A stretch of 64,000 nt of DNA from an uncultured delta proteobacterium (GTDB lineage Bacteria > Desulfobacterota > Desulfobacteria > Desulfobacterales > QNYZ01). Where the stretch lies: NCBI GenBank assembly GCA_963783425.1, contig CAWANO010000018.1, forward strand, positions 6,219-70,218, given 5' to 3'. This document shows, piece after piece, positions 1 through 11,200 of the stretch; position 1 is the stretch's first letter, and every line of letters begins with the position of its first letter. Under the pieces are notes generated by a model that saw only the letters and a program-made list of their open reading frames with translations, did not search any database and was not told the origin of the DNA. The translations under genes were made by a program, and so were the position numbers.

Positions 1-42
1 CACCGACACCGGCTTGGATATGGAGAATTTGATGAAGTTCAT
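1..42 (-). CDS. 5' end of an RND (AcrB/AcrD/AcrF-family) efflux permease, running off the window
   Basis: Minus-strand ATG at 42 reads MNFIKFSISKPVSV, a typical RND N-terminus, directly after a membrane-fusion protein gene. Confidence 0.7.
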   Translation of the reverse strand, partial: MNFIKFSISKPVSV

Positions 43-44
43 AT

Positions 45-1109
45 TTATCGGGTCCCGGTGATTGACCGGCTGATCCGGCCGCAGGCGTTCGTTGCCGTCG
101 ATAACCACCGGCATACCGGTTTGAATAGCGCCGTTGGCCACGATCATATCCTCGCCGTCATAGCCCACGATCTCGATGGGGATCGGCGTGGCTTTGCCGT
201 CGACCACGGTGTAGACGAAGTCCTGGTTGTTGAAACGCACCAGAGCGGCGCGTTTGATGATCTTGCGCTGGGCTTTTTCGCTGACCGGCACTTCAACACG
301 GGCGGTCATGTTCTGCAGCAGGTTGTCGACGTAGTCGATGGCAATCTTGATGTTGAAGGTTTTTGATTTAACGTCGGCCACCGGCGCCGATTTGCTGACA
401 ACGCCCGACAAGCGCAGGTTAAGGGCCGGTATTGACAGCGTAAGCGAATCGCCGGGTTGCAGGTAAATGATCAAGTCCTCCGACACGGCGGCTTTGACCA
501 CCACATCGGCGGTGGAGGCCAGGGCGCAGACGGCACTGCCGGGCGATAGCCAGTCGCCCTCGTACTTTTTTACGGCCAGGATCAGCCCGTTGAAAGGCGC
601 CCGAATGGTGCTTTTGCGAATATCCAGCTCGATGCGCTCGATCCGTTTTGACAGGGCCTGTTTTTCGGCCAAAAGCCCTTGATACTCATCGCTCAAGTCC
701 TGGAATGCTCTTTCGCTGGTGGCCTGTTGCTGATAAAGTTGTTTGAAGCGTTCAGCGTTGCGTTTGGTGTTGGCGATGCGAACATCCAGCTGTTTGGTTT
801 GCGCCTGCAGAATTTCGATATCTTTTTGAAGGGCTTCGGTGTCAAGCCTCGCAATAACGGCGTTTTTTTCCACCAACTGGCCTTCTTTGACCGCAAGAGA
901 GCTCAATACGGCCCTCGACCTGGGTGGAGATGGTGGCCACTTTATCGAAGTCGACCACGCCAATCACCTGGTTGGTGGCGGCTACCTCGCGTTCGGTCAC
1001 CGGCGCCGTGACCACCTTGGCGGGCGGCATTTGCGGCTGAGCAAGAGCGGGCCACTGGGGCGCATAAAACAAAAACAATAATCGCAATTAAATTCAAATA
1101 GGGGCGCAT
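45..1109 (-). CDS. RND efflux periplasmic adaptor (membrane fusion protein), broken by several frameshifts
   Basis: Fragments MRPYLNLIAIIVFVLC, PPAKVVTAPV...IGVVDF...ISTQVEGRIE, a coiled-coil middle, IRAPFNG and a C-terminal VVIDGNERLRP-like segment; frames shift between pieces. Confidence 0.75.
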
Positions 1110-1205
1110 GGGGCCTTCCTTTGAGGTGTTTTCCCTGGCACGGGGAAGCAAAATGGGCTTAGTGCACCTATTCGCAAATACGATGACATTCGGCCGCCAA
1201 TCCAT

Positions 1206-1288
1206 CCGGGCTAACGGCGTTGCGAAAAGAAGCAGTATGCCCGATATTGCTTATTTTCCGCGCCTTGTCAGCCCGGCGCCTTGACGCC
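1206..1288. repeat. Imperfect palindromic REP-like element; 28 bp of it recur exactly at 33629-33656
   Basis: ccgggct(1206-1212)...agcccgg(1270-1276) with an inner arm aagcagtat/atattgctt; cgccttgtcagcccggcgccttgacgcc is present at 1261-1288 and 33629-33656. Confidence 0.65.
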
Positions 1289-1435
1289 CTCATTACGTCA
1301 CCGTTTTTACGAACAGGAGCACTTAGTCTTATGGAGATTGCACGAAAAATCAAGACCCATGAGAGGTTGCAAGCAAAAATATCCCGCTGACCAGAACCAC
1401 GGGCAAAACATTGCCGCCGGCGGCCGGGTCGTTCG

Positions 1436-1795
1436 ATGATCCTCGCCGCCGACTTGGTGCTGCTGCTTCATCTGGGATTCATTCTTTTTGTGGCCGCAGG
1501 TGGGCTGTTGGTGCTGCGCTGGCCCCGTGTGGCCTGGTTGCACATCCCTGCGGCCCTCTGGGGTGCGGTCGTGGAATTATTCGGATGGCTGTGCCCGCTG
1601 ACCCCCCTGGAGAACCGGCTGCGGATGGCTTCCGGACAAGAGGGCATCAGTGAGGGGTTCATCGCTCACTATCTGCTGCCTGTCATCTACCCTGAAGGTC
1701 TGACCCGTACCATGCAACTTTTTCTGGGGGCTGCGGTGGTGGTTATCAACCTGGCCATCTACGCCAGGGTTTTATCCAAGAGGCGCCGCGAATAA
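1436..1795 (+). CDS. DUF2784-family membrane protein
   Basis: ADLVLLLHLGFILFV...WLHIPAALWG...CPLTPLENRLR...GFIAHYLLPVIYP signature. Confidence 0.85.
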   Translation: MILAADLVLLLHLGFILFVAAGGLLVLRWPRVAWLHIPAALWGAVVELFGWLCPLTPLENRLRMASGQEGISEGFIAHYLLPVIYPEGLTRTMQLFLGAAVVVINLAIYARVLSKRRRE

Positions 1796-1808
1796 ACCCT
1801 TTTAGATC

Positions 1809-2651
1809 TTATTGCTTCAGCTTTTCCAGTTCGCCCGCATCGATGCTGAAGCTGTGCTCAGGGGCGGGAAAGCGTCGTGCTTCCACGTCGGCCTTGTAGG
1901 CGCTGATGGCATCGGCGATGGTTTCCGACACCTTGGCGTACTGCCGGATAAACTTGGGCGTAAAGCGGTCAAAAAGGCCCACCAGGTCGTGAGTGACCAA
2001 TACCTGGCCGTCGCAATCGACACCGGCGCCGATGCCGATGGTGGGGATCGATACCGCCGCCGTAACTTCCTTGGCGATGGCGGCCGGGATGGCCTCAAGC
2101 ACCAGGGAAAAGCAGCCGGCCGCCTCCAGGGCGCGGGCGTCTTCGATGAGCCTACGGGCCGCGCGGGCGCTCTTGCCCTGTACCTTGAAACCGCCCTGGG
2201 CGGTGGCCGTCTGCGGGGTGAGGCCGATGTGCCCCTGAACGGGGACGCCGGCCCGCACGATGGCCTCCACCACGGGTATCATCTCCATGCCGCCCTCCAG
2301 CTTGACGGCGTCGGCGCGGCCCGCCTTGATCAGACGAACGGCATTGTCAACCCCTCGCTCAATAGCGCTGTTGTAGCTGCCAAAGGGCATGTCGCCGATC
2401 ACCAGGGCGCGTTTGGCCGCGCGTGCCACGGGACGGATGTGATGGATCATTTCCGCCATGGTCACCGAGACGGTGTCGCTATAGCCCAGCACCACCATAC
2501 CCAGAGAGTCGCCTACCAGAATCATGTCGATGCCGGCCCGGTCCACCAGCAGGGCGAAGGGGTAGTCATAGGCGGTCAGCATGGTCAGGGTGGGGCCCTT
2601 TTTGCGCTGCAGGATGTCCCGTACGGTCAATTTAGAGGCGGCCATATTCAT
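1809..2651 (-). CDS. panB: 3-methyl-2-oxobutanoate hydroxymethyltransferase
   Basis: MLTAYDYPFA, ILVGDSLGM, DMPFGSY, AVKLEGG, GHIGLTPQ, TIGIGAG, DGQVLV motifs. Confidence 0.97.
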   Translation of the reverse strand: MNMAASKLTVRDILQRKKGPTLTMLTAYDYPFALLVDRAGIDMILVGDSLGMVVLGYSDTVSVTMAEMIHHIRPVARAAKRALVIGDMPFGSYNSAIERGVDNAVRLIKAGRADAVKLEGGMEMIPVVEAIVRAGVPVQGHIGLTPQTATAQGGFKVQGKSARAARRLIEDARALEAAGCFSLVLEAIPAAIAKEVTAAVSIPTIGIGAGVDCDGQVLVTHDLVGLFDRFTPKFIRQYAKVSETIADAISAYKADVEARRFPAPEHSFSIDAGELEKLKQ

Positions 2652-3607
2652 AGCTCCTTTGGTTGAATACGCGCATGGCGGGTGTTTTCAAACGCTTTGA
2701 CCAGATTGGTCAGCAGGCGGTTGTGGGGGGTGGGGATGCCCAGGGCTTCACCGATGCGCACGATGGCACCGTTGATGACATCGATCTCGGTTGCCTGGCC
2801 GCGCAGCATATCCTGTAGCATGCTGGCCCGGTTGCTACCCGTCAAGCGGCAGACGTGCAGCACGCGCTCAAAAGGGTTATCGTAGGGCAACGCAATACCC
2901 AGAGCCTTGGCCACGACCACCGCCTCGTGAACGGCCGCGCCCAGGATGTCCCGCGCGGGCTCATCTTCGGCCAGTACCCCATTGGGTACGCGCAGAATGG
3001 CGGCCAGGGCATTGATGCCGACGTTGATGATCAGCTTGCCCCAGATCAGGCTGCCGATGTCGGGGGAGAGGTCTATTTCGAAGTCAGCCCGGCGAAAGGT
3101 GTCGATCAACGCTTCGAAACCGGGCCCGGCCATATCGGGTTGGCCGATGTGGGTCGGACCAATCCCGGAGTGGCGCACAACCCCCGGCCCCAGCAAGGTG
3201 GCGCCGTGGGCGGTGACACCGGCTATGGCGCGCCGCTTGCCCACCACCTGTTGGATTACCTCCAGATTGCCGATCCCGTTTTGAAGGGTGAGGATGAACC
3301 CGTCCGGCTTGAGCAGCTTCTGGGCCGTTTTGGCCGCGGCCATGGTGGCGGCGGATTTGGTGAAGATGATGGCGGCGTCCACCCGGGTGTTGAGGCGATC
3401 GGCATCGGTCAGGGCGGTCAGGGTGAAAACAGATACGTCGCCGTTGGGCATTTCCACCCGCAGGCCCCGCCGATTGATGGCCTCGACGTGCTCCGGCCAG
3501 GTGTCGACCAGCGCCACGCGGGCGCTTTGGGAGAGGCGCGCGCCGAAGACGGATCCCATGGCGCCGGCACCGATTATTGCGATGTCCAAGGTTTCTGCAG
3601 CATTCAT
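2648..3607 (-). CDS. panE: 2-dehydropantoate 2-reductase
   Basis: IIGAGAMG, LQNGIGN, WGKLIINVGIN, SMLQD...TEIDVINGAI motifs; stop overlaps the panB start; ATG at 3607 preferred over the ORF-track start. Confidence 0.93.
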   Translation of the reverse strand: MNAAETLDIAIIGAGAMGSVFGARLSQSARVALVDTWPEHVEAINRRGLRVEMPNGDVSVFTLTALTDADRLNTRVDAAIIFTKSAATMAAAKTAQKLLKPDGFILTLQNGIGNLEVIQQVVGKRRAIAGVTAHGATLLGPGVVRHSGIGPTHIGQPDMAGPGFEALIDTFRRADFEIDLSPDIGSLIWGKLIINVGINALAAILRVPNGVLAEDEPARDILGAAVHEAVVVAKALGIALPYDNPFERVLHVCRLTGSNRASMLQDMLRGQATEIDVINGAIVRIGEALGIPTPHNRLLTNLVKAFENTRHARIQPKEL

Positions 3608-3624
3608 TTGAAATGATCCCGACG

Positions 3625-3774
3625 TTAGTGAGCCGGTTTCAAAAAGTCCCATTTTGCCCAATCTCTGCGTCTGGCGCCAATTTTAATCCTCGAAATACGG
3701 GGAGTATGCCTGCGGCTAAAATTGGCACCATCCTTGACCTTGTACAAACTGAAACGTTTTGAAACAGGCTCTAA
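3625..3774. repeat. MITE/REP-like element with imperfect terminal inverted repeats
   Basis: Left end ttagtgagccggtttcaaaa vs right end ttttgaaacaggctctaa; related pieces at 21695-21728 and 54819-54840. Confidence 0.7.
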
Positions 3775-3841
3775 TGGTTGTCTTAATTTCACCCCTCTGC
3801 TGTTCGATTTCATCGGTCAGCAAAGAGGGCGGCACTCACCA

Positions 3842-5486
3842 TCACCCTTCCTCACCGTAACAGTTGACCCCCTCGAAATCTTTGCGGAACTTCTTGAGCA
3901 TGGGGGTCAACTGGCGTTGGGGCCTTGCGGTGCCGGCCAGGCGCTGCCTGATCTGCGCATCGGTCAGCTCGACATTGAGCGAGCGGCCGGGGATGTCGAT
4001 CGCAATGACGTCATCGTCACGGATGGCTCCGATGGGCCCCCCGTTGAAGGCTTCCATCTCCACATGGCCCACGCAGGGGCCCGAAGTGCCACCGGAAAAA
4101 CGGCCGTCGGTGATCAGGGCCACGCGCGTGTATCCGGCGCCCTTGATGGCGTCGGTGGGGGTGAGCATCTCGGGCATGCCCGGCGCTCCCGCCGGCCCCT
4201 GGAAGGGCAGCACGACCACGTCGCCTTCGTCGATCTGGCGCGTCTCGATGGCGTCGAGCAGGGCCTGCTCGGAGGCAAACACCTTGGCCGGGCCGCGGTG
4301 GGTCATCATTTCGGGCGTTACCGCGGTCTGCTTGATGATGGCGCTGTGGGCGATGTTTCCCGACAGCACGGCAATGCCGCCCTGTTCGTGGTAGGGGTTG
4401 TCGAGGGGGCGGATCACATCGTCGTCGCCGGCGCGTCCGGCATCGGCCACCGCGATAATCGAGGTGCCGTTGATGGTGGGGTTCTCCTTGAGCATCGGCT
4501 TGAGCCGATTGAGTACGGCCGGCACGCCCCCGGCGTGGTCGACATCGGCCATTTCGAAGGGACCGGCCGGGATGATCGAACACAGGTTGGGGGTCTCCCG
4601 GCTGATGCGGTCAAACATGTCGACTCCGATGTCGATGCCCGCCTCCTTGGCGATGGCGGGGATGTGCAGCACCGTGTTGGTGGACCCGCCCATGGCCATG
4701 TCGACCCGGATGGCATTTTCAAAAGCGTTGGGGGTCATGATGTCGCGTGGTGACGAGGCCGGCTTTGACCAGTCCCACAATCTTGCGCCCCGATTCGAAG
4801 GCCTGCCCTCTTTTCTTGGGGTCGAGGGCCAGGGTTGTGGCGCAGCCGGTGACCGACATGCCCAGCACTTCGGTGACCACGGCCATGGTGTTGGCCGTAA
4901 ACAAACCCACGCAAGAACCTGGGCCGCAGTTCATGCAGGGCAGCAGGCTTTCGGCCTCTTCGGGGGTCATGTGCCCGCCCTTGACCTGGCCCACCAGGCC
5001 GAAACCCTGGATGGGGTGATACTTTTTACCCTCGATGGTGCGGCTTCGCATGGCACCACCAGTAAGGATCACGGCCGGTAGGTTAAGCCGCCCGGCCGCC
5101 ATGAGCATCCCGGGCGTGATCTTGTCGCAATTGGTCACCCCGACCCATCCATCCAGGGAGTGGGAAAGGGCCATGATCTCCACATTGTCGGCGATGTGGT
5201 CCCGGCTGGGCAGGCTCAGGCGCATCTCGGCGTACATGGCAATACCGTCACACACGCCGGGCACACCCCACACAAAGGGCACCCCGCCGGCCTTGCGGAC
5301 GCCCTGTTTGACCGCTTCGGTCAGTTCGTTGAGGTGTTTGTGACCGGGAATCAAGTCATTGTAACTATTGGCGATGCCGATGAAGGGTTTGTCGGAATTT
5401 AGATCCTCCCTGCTCACACCGGCCGACATCAGCAAGGCCCGGTGGGGGATGGTCTCCACTTTTTTCCTTAGAATATCCGATCGCAT
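3842..5486 (-). CDS. ilvD: Dihydroxy-acid dehydratase, split by one frameshift near 4750
   Basis: KPFIGIANS, GVCDGIAM, NCDKITPGMLMAA, GSCVGLFTANTM in ORF 4719-5486; MGGSTNTVLH, GPAGAPGMPEML, LITDGRFSGGT in ORF 3842-4780. Confidence 0.92.
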
Positions 5487-5565
5487 GGCTTCTCCTGAAT
5501 GCGTAATGTCACCAACGTTGGTGGCTGTGTTGCCATCCTAAGGGGCATGGGCGAGCAAAGCCCCA

Positions 5566-8059
5566 CTACACTCGGTTGCGAAATTGTTGGTTGATCCGCA
5601 GGCGCTCCAGCGAAATATTGATCACCGCCTCCAAGGCGGGGTGCGTCTCGGCGTAGCTGTTGCAGAAACTGGTCACCGCTTCAGGTTCAAAGAGCCCGGC
5701 CGCGGGCACCAGCGAAGCGATCACCCGTTCAAATAGCAGCGGATGCATCGATTCGGCCTGCTCGCGATTCTCAATGAACCAGCCCCAGACGAAGGGCGCG
5801 GCCTTGGGGTTGGCCGCGGCCGACGCAATGGGGATATAACGGTTGCGGTCGGGGACCTTGGCCAAAGTGAAATCCAGGGCGCGCGCCTGGGTGCGCCAAT
5901 CCGAGAACTGGCCCAGGGCGGTCAATATGTTGAGGCGCTCATGTTCGCTGTGGGAGTTTGCCAACCGCGCCTGGAACCACTCCAGCGTTTCGCGGCTGCC
6001 GAAAAAGGCCCCGGCGGTCATCACGCTACGCATCAGATCGGCGTGCGGCTGGCCGCCGTCGACCAGCGATTCGAAGATGGGGCTCAGAAAGGCCATCACG
6101 GCCTGTGAACCGTAGATCACCCCATGGAAAAGCAACTGGTCACGCAGTACCGACAGTGGTTGAGGCTCGCCAACGGCCGGCTCGAATCCGATGGTGTTGA
6201 GGGAGTTCTCGATCAAGGTGGTGGCCACTTGGGCACAGCGTTCCGAATGGGGCCCCTCAAGCACCAGAAAAGCGTTGAAAAGGTTGGCCTCTAAGGCTCG
6301 AAAGCGGTAGAAAATCGCACTCGTGCTGATAGTGGACGGCCACTTCGAGGAAGCGCTCCATGGAAACCTTACCGGCCACCATCATGGCGTAGAGGTCATT
6401 CTGGAGCCCCCAGCGATCGATTTCGGTCAGGCGACGGCTTCGCACCAGTTGCGCCAGCGCGGAAAGGTTGGCCGCGTCGGCGTAGTGCACCCGGTAAAAA
6501 CCGGTGTGGTCGGCATTGACTTTATAGGCCGTTGTGTTTTTGGGCAGGTCGAGGGTGGCCGAACGTTGGTCGAGCAAGGTGGTGACGGTCTTGAACTGGC
6601 CGCTTTCGTCAAAGATGCGCATGGAGATGGGGATCAGCCACTGCTGATCAGACTGGTTGGGTAGATGGGTGAAACGGCTTTGGGTCAGGGTGAGCTGCTC
6701 GTCGCTACGTTCAACGCTCACCTGAGGGTAACCGGGCTGTTCCACCCAGGAGCGCATAAGCGCGTTGACGGGCTGCGACGAGGCCGTCTCCAGCGCCTCC
6801 CAGAGTTGATGGCTGGCGGCGCAGCCGTAGGCGTATTGTTTGAGGTAGTGTCGAAGCCCCTGCCGGAAATTTTCCGGGCCGACGAAGGCCTCAACCTGGC
6901 GCAAAATGCTGCCGCCCTTGCTGTAGATGATGGGGGCCGTGCTGGTGTTTATGGCCACGGCGCCGCCACCGGGCATTTCAATCGCAATGGTGTCCTTGAG
7001 CGCATCGCGGGCCAGAGCCGCCTCGGTTTGCGTGCGGATGAAGTGGTGCCAGGTTTTCCAGTTGGCGTAGTAGCGATCCACGATGCCGTAACCGAAATAG
7101 GTGGCGAAACTTTCATTGAGCCACAGGTATTTCCATTCCGATGGCGTCACCAGATTGCCAAACCACTGGTGGGCGATTTCGTGAGCGATCACTTCACAGA
7201 TGCGCGCCTTGGCGCCACGTGGTGTTTTGTCGGGCGAGTAGAGCAGCAAGTTTTCCCGAAAGGTGATGGCGCCCCAGTTTTCCATGGCCCCGAAAGCGAA
7301 GTCGGGCACCGCGATCAGGTCAAGCTTGGGCAGGGGGTAAGGGATGTCGAAATAGGTTTCGCCGTAGGCCAAGGCCTTGCGTCCGAAGGCCAGGCCAAAC
7401 TGAATCTGGTCGGTGGCTCCGGGCAGGGCGGCCGCCCGCAGGCGCTCGTCGACGGTATCGATCACCCAGGTAAAAGGCCCCAGGCCGAAAAAAAGCAGAT
7501 AGGTGGACATGACCGGCGTGGGTTGGAAGACCACCTGGCGACGGCCGTCGGCAAGCGTGGTTTCGCTGATGGGCAGCGTGTTGGAGATGGCGCGAAGATC
7601 GCCGGGCGTGATCATCTCCACCTGGAAAGTGGCCTTCCGGGCCGGGTGGTCAAAGCAGGGTAGCGCGCGCCGGGCGTCGCTCTCCTGAAACTGGGTGACG
7701 GCGATGTAGCGCTCTCCATCAGGCGTTTGGATCTTGCTGCGGTAAAACCCGGCCATCAGGTCGTTGATCTGGCCGGCGTATTCGATGCGCAGCCTTAGTT
7801 TACCGGACTGCGGTGCGGGCAGCGACACCACCAGTTTCTGGTCCTCTGGGGCGGTCTTAAAAGTGCACTCGCGCCAGAGATCGTGGTCGTGGTCGTGAAG
7901 CTGACAGGTGTGGATAGCCAGGTCCAAACAATCCAGGGTAACCGTATCAATGGTCTCTTCGGCCGCCATCTCGATCTCCACGCGCGCATCAAACTCAAAA
8001 CGGTCCAGGTTCGGCTCCAGAAAGAGGCGATAGGCCAAAGGGCGAATGGGGGTCGTCAT
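5566..8059 (-). CDS. M1-family zinc aminopeptidase (puromycin-sensitive / tricorn-interacting-factor type) with ERAP1-like C-terminus; one frameshift near 6290
   Basis: TQFQESDARRALPCFD, GAMENWG, HEIAHQWFGN...WLNESFA, YSKGGSIL motifs; ORF 5566-6264 continues the C-terminal domain. Confidence 0.92.
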
Positions 8060-8469
8060 GGGTTTTCCTTGGGGTTAATCATGGTTCGGCTTTTCCGGTC
8101 GGCGGCGCAGGCCTTTAAAGGTGCGATCCAGCCTACGTCTCCCTTGTCGTCATGTCAAGACGGATAGCAACACGGGTGCTTCAAACACGATCCAGTGTCC
8201 GGGCGGACGCCAAGCATCCCAAACATCCATGAAATTGCAGTAGATTGCGCGGTATTGAGGTCCGGCCGCGACACCTGCCGGTGGTATCGATCGGCACAGT
8301 CCTTCAAAATGAACAGCCGGCGCCTGGCAACCTACGGCCGGCAGTGGGAGATTGTGAGGTAAAAGTTGACGCACCCTCTCAGGGTTGATAAAAGCTCTGA
8401 TGATGAAAAAAAAGCCTATATCGAGCAGACCGACAGTCAACCACCACCCAATCGGTTGAGCCTCAGCCT

Positions 8470-9957
8470 ATGTACCGTGAAAATTACATCGATGCGTTGC
8501 GCAACGAGCTGCTGGATCTGGTCAAAGACCATTTAACCCCGGTCGCGCAGACCTATGGTTACAGCGAAGTGCCTCTTGAGACCAACATCAAATGGCGCCC
8601 CCAGGTGCTGGTGCTGGGCAACTATTCGTCGGGCAAGTCGACCCTGATCAACGAACTGTTGGGGGCTGCCGTGCAAGCCACGGGCCAGGCCCCAACAGAC
8701 GACTCCTTTACGATCATCACCTACGACGACACCCAGCCGGTGACCGACGGCGGGGTGCAGGTCACCGAAGAACGCGATGGCAAGCATCTGCTCAACGACC
8801 CTGAGTACCCCTTCGACCTGCTCAAAAAGCACGGGCAGCGTTTCGTGTCTCATTTCAAGCTCAAAAAGGTCAATTCGCCCTTTTTGCGCAACCTCTCCAT
8901 CATTGACACCCCCGGTATGCTCGACTCGATTTCCGAGCGAGATCGCGGTTACAATTACCAGGAGGTGATCGGTGACTTCGCCCAGATTGCCGATCTGGTG
9001 CTGATCCTGTTCGATCCCCACAAAGCCGGCACGGTACGGGAGGCGCACACCAGTTTGCGCGAAACCTTACCGGCGCGCACCTTCGAAGACCGGGTGCTGT
9101 TTGTGCTGAACCGCATCGACGAGTGCGCCTCGCTGATCGATCTGTTGCAGGTCTATGGCACGCTGTGTTGGAACCTGTCGCAAATGACCGGGCGTAAGGA
9201 CATCCCCACCATCTTGTTGACCTACTCGCCCAAGGCCGCCCGCAAGAATCAGCAAGACCCCGACGACGACAACAGCTTCCTGCGATATCTCGACAACCAG
9301 CGCGAGGTGCTCAAGCACGCCATTTTAAGTGCGCCGCGCTACCGCCTCGATCATCTGGCCTCGTTTATCGAAGTCCATGGGGAGCGCATGCTGCAGATGC
9401 TCGAGGCGCTGATCAGCTACCGCAAGCAGATGAGATCGTACCGGTTCCGGATGGGCTTTGTGGGCTTGATGTTCAGCTTGGTGGCGGGCGGCGCCACCGT
9501 GCTGGGTTTGTTGGTTTCGGGCATCGGCGGCGCCTTGAATCCCACCTTGTTGGCCCTCGTGGGCGGCGGGGTAGCTATCGGCTTTTTCATGATCTGGCTG
9601 ATCGTGGTGATGCGGCGTCTGGTCAATCGACGCCATAAGAGGCATATCACCGAAGTCGACAGCCTCACCTCTCTCAAGAACCAGACCCGGCGCGACAACT
9701 GGGCCCTAATCCGGGAGCGCGTGATCGCCTTTCTGCAAGAGACCAAGGGCCGATTCCCGCTCTACGACACCCGGGTGCACCACGAAAAACTACAGCGGGT
9801 TTATACAGAGGGCACCCGTGAGGTACGCGAATCGCTCAATGAGATCGACAGCCTCAAAGAGGGCCAGTTCGATGAGGCCCCGGAGACCTTTTTGGAGCGC
9901 GCCTTTGAAAAGACCCCCGGACCCGAGCTGACTTGGCCCAATGAGGGTCGCTACTAA
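8470..9957 (+). CDS. Dynamin-superfamily NTPase, EHD/sarcalumenin-like, with two C-terminal transmembrane segments
   Basis: GNYSSGKST, PTDDSF, IIDTPGML, RGYNY, LILFDPHK, VLNRID, LLQVYGTLCWNL; hydrophobic hairpin around residues 328-380. Confidence 0.85.
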   Translation: MYRENYIDALRNELLDLVKDHLTPVAQTYGYSEVPLETNIKWRPQVLVLGNYSSGKSTLINELLGAAVQATGQAPTDDSFTIITYDDTQPVTDGGVQVTEERDGKHLLNDPEYPFDLLKKHGQRFVSHFKLKKVNSPFLRNLSIIDTPGMLDSISERDRGYNYQEVIGDFAQIADLVLILFDPHKAGTVREAHTSLRETLPARTFEDRVLFVLNRIDECASLIDLLQVYGTLCWNLSQMTGRKDIPTILLTYSPKAARKNQQDPDDDNSFLRYLDNQREVLKHAILSAPRYRLDHLASFIEVHGERMLQMLEALISYRKQMRSYRFRMGFVGLMFSLVAGGATVLGLLVSGIGGALNPTLLALVGGGVAIGFFMIWLIVVMRRLVNRRHKRHITEVDSLTSLKNQTRRDNWALIRERVIAFLQETKGRFPLYDTRVHHEKLQRVYTEGTREVRESLNEIDSLKEGQFDEAPETFLERAFEKTPGPELTWPNEGRY

Positions 9958-10018
9958 AGAGTGAACGACCAGGATCGCCGGGTCAGCCTCAAATACATTT
10001 AATACAGAAAATTGAGCT

Positions 10019-11173
10019 GTGCCAAACCAAACCAAGTTCCATATCGACACCCAACTGATTCACGCCGGTGAGCGGCGGCCACCCATCGAGGGGGCCGTCA
10101 GCCTGCCGATTTTTCAATCCTCAACCTTTACCTACGACGGCCAGCAGGATTACCACGATATCCACTACATCCGTCTCAACAACACGCCCAACCATTTGGT
10201 ATTGAACAAAAAACTATCCGTACTGGAGGGCGGTGAGGCCGCCATGGTTACCGCCAGCGGCATGGCCGCCATCACCACCACATTTCTGTCGCTGCTTAAA
10301 AGTGGCGACCACCTGCTGGCGCAAAATTGTCTTTACGGCGGCACCCACGATTTTCTCAGTACCGATCTGGCGCGACTGGGGATCTCGTTTGACTTTATCG
10401 ACGGCGACCGGCCGGACACGTGGGCGGCGCGGCTGCGGCCCCAGACCGGACTGATCTACGTGGAGACCTTAACCAATCCGCTCCTCGAAGTGGCCGACCT
10501 TGCCGCAGTGGCGGCCTTTGCCCGCCGGCACGGGCTGGTGAGCGTCATCGACAACACCTTCGCAAGCCCCGTCAATTTCAGGCCGATTGAGCACGGCTTC
10601 GACCTTGTGGTGCATAGCTGCACCAAGTACCTCAACGGCCACTCGGACATTGTGGCCGGGGCCGTGATCGGCAAGACCGAACTGGTTGAAAAGATAACCC
10701 ACACGCTCAATCATCTGGGTGGAAGTCTCGACCCACATGCCTGTTTTCTGTTGCAGCGCGGCATGAAAACCCTGGGGGTGCGGGTGCGTCACCAAAATCG
10801 CAGCGCGCAGCAGGTCGCCGAGTTTCTGGCGGGTCACCCACGCGTGGCGCGTCTTTTTTATCCCGGTTTGAGTGACAATCCCTACCATGGTCGCGCCCGG
10901 GAATTATTCGATGGCTTTGGCGGTATGGTCAGTTTTGAGATCGAAGGCGGCCGGGCCGACGCCGATGCCTTCATTGCCAAATTGGAACTGGCGGCCTGCG
11001 CGCCCAGCCTGGGGGGGGCTGAAACTTTGATTACGCGCCCGGCCAGCACCTCGCATTCTGGCATGACCGCCGAGGAGCGGCGGCGGTCGGGCATCTCCGA
11101 CAAGATGATCCGGCTTTCGGTGGGGCTCGAGGCGGCGGAAGATTTAATCGCCGACATGGCGGCGGCGCTTTAA
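10019..11173 (+). CDS. PLP-dependent Cys/Met metabolism enzyme (cystathionine gamma-lyase/synthase family)
   Basis: PIFQSSTF, ASGMAAI, YGGT, DNTFASP, HSCTKYLNGHSD (PLP lysine), SLGGAETL, IRLSVGLE. Confidence 0.93.
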   Translation: MPNQTKFHIDTQLIHAGERRPPIEGAVSLPIFQSSTFTYDGQQDYHDIHYIRLNNTPNHLVLNKKLSVLEGGEAAMVTASGMAAITTTFLSLLKSGDHLLAQNCLYGGTHDFLSTDLARLGISFDFIDGDRPDTWAARLRPQTGLIYVETLTNPLLEVADLAAVAAFARRHGLVSVIDNTFASPVNFRPIEHGFDLVVHSCTKYLNGHSDIVAGAVIGKTELVEKITHTLNHLGGSLDPHACFLLQRGMKTLGVRVRHQNRSAQQVAEFLAGHPRVARLFYPGLSDNPYHGRARELFDGFGGMVSFEIEGGRADADAFIAKLELAACAPSLGGAETLITRPASTSHSGMTAEERRRSGISDKMIRLSVGLEAAEDLIADMAAAL

Positions 11174-11200
11174 CAGCCGGTTTTTCTAAGTCGCCTCAAG

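Noticed and set aside
4719..6300. Programmed frameshifting in ilvD or the M1 aminopeptidase
   Set aside because: No evident slippery heptamer with downstream structure; similar single indels occur across the window and fit sequence error better
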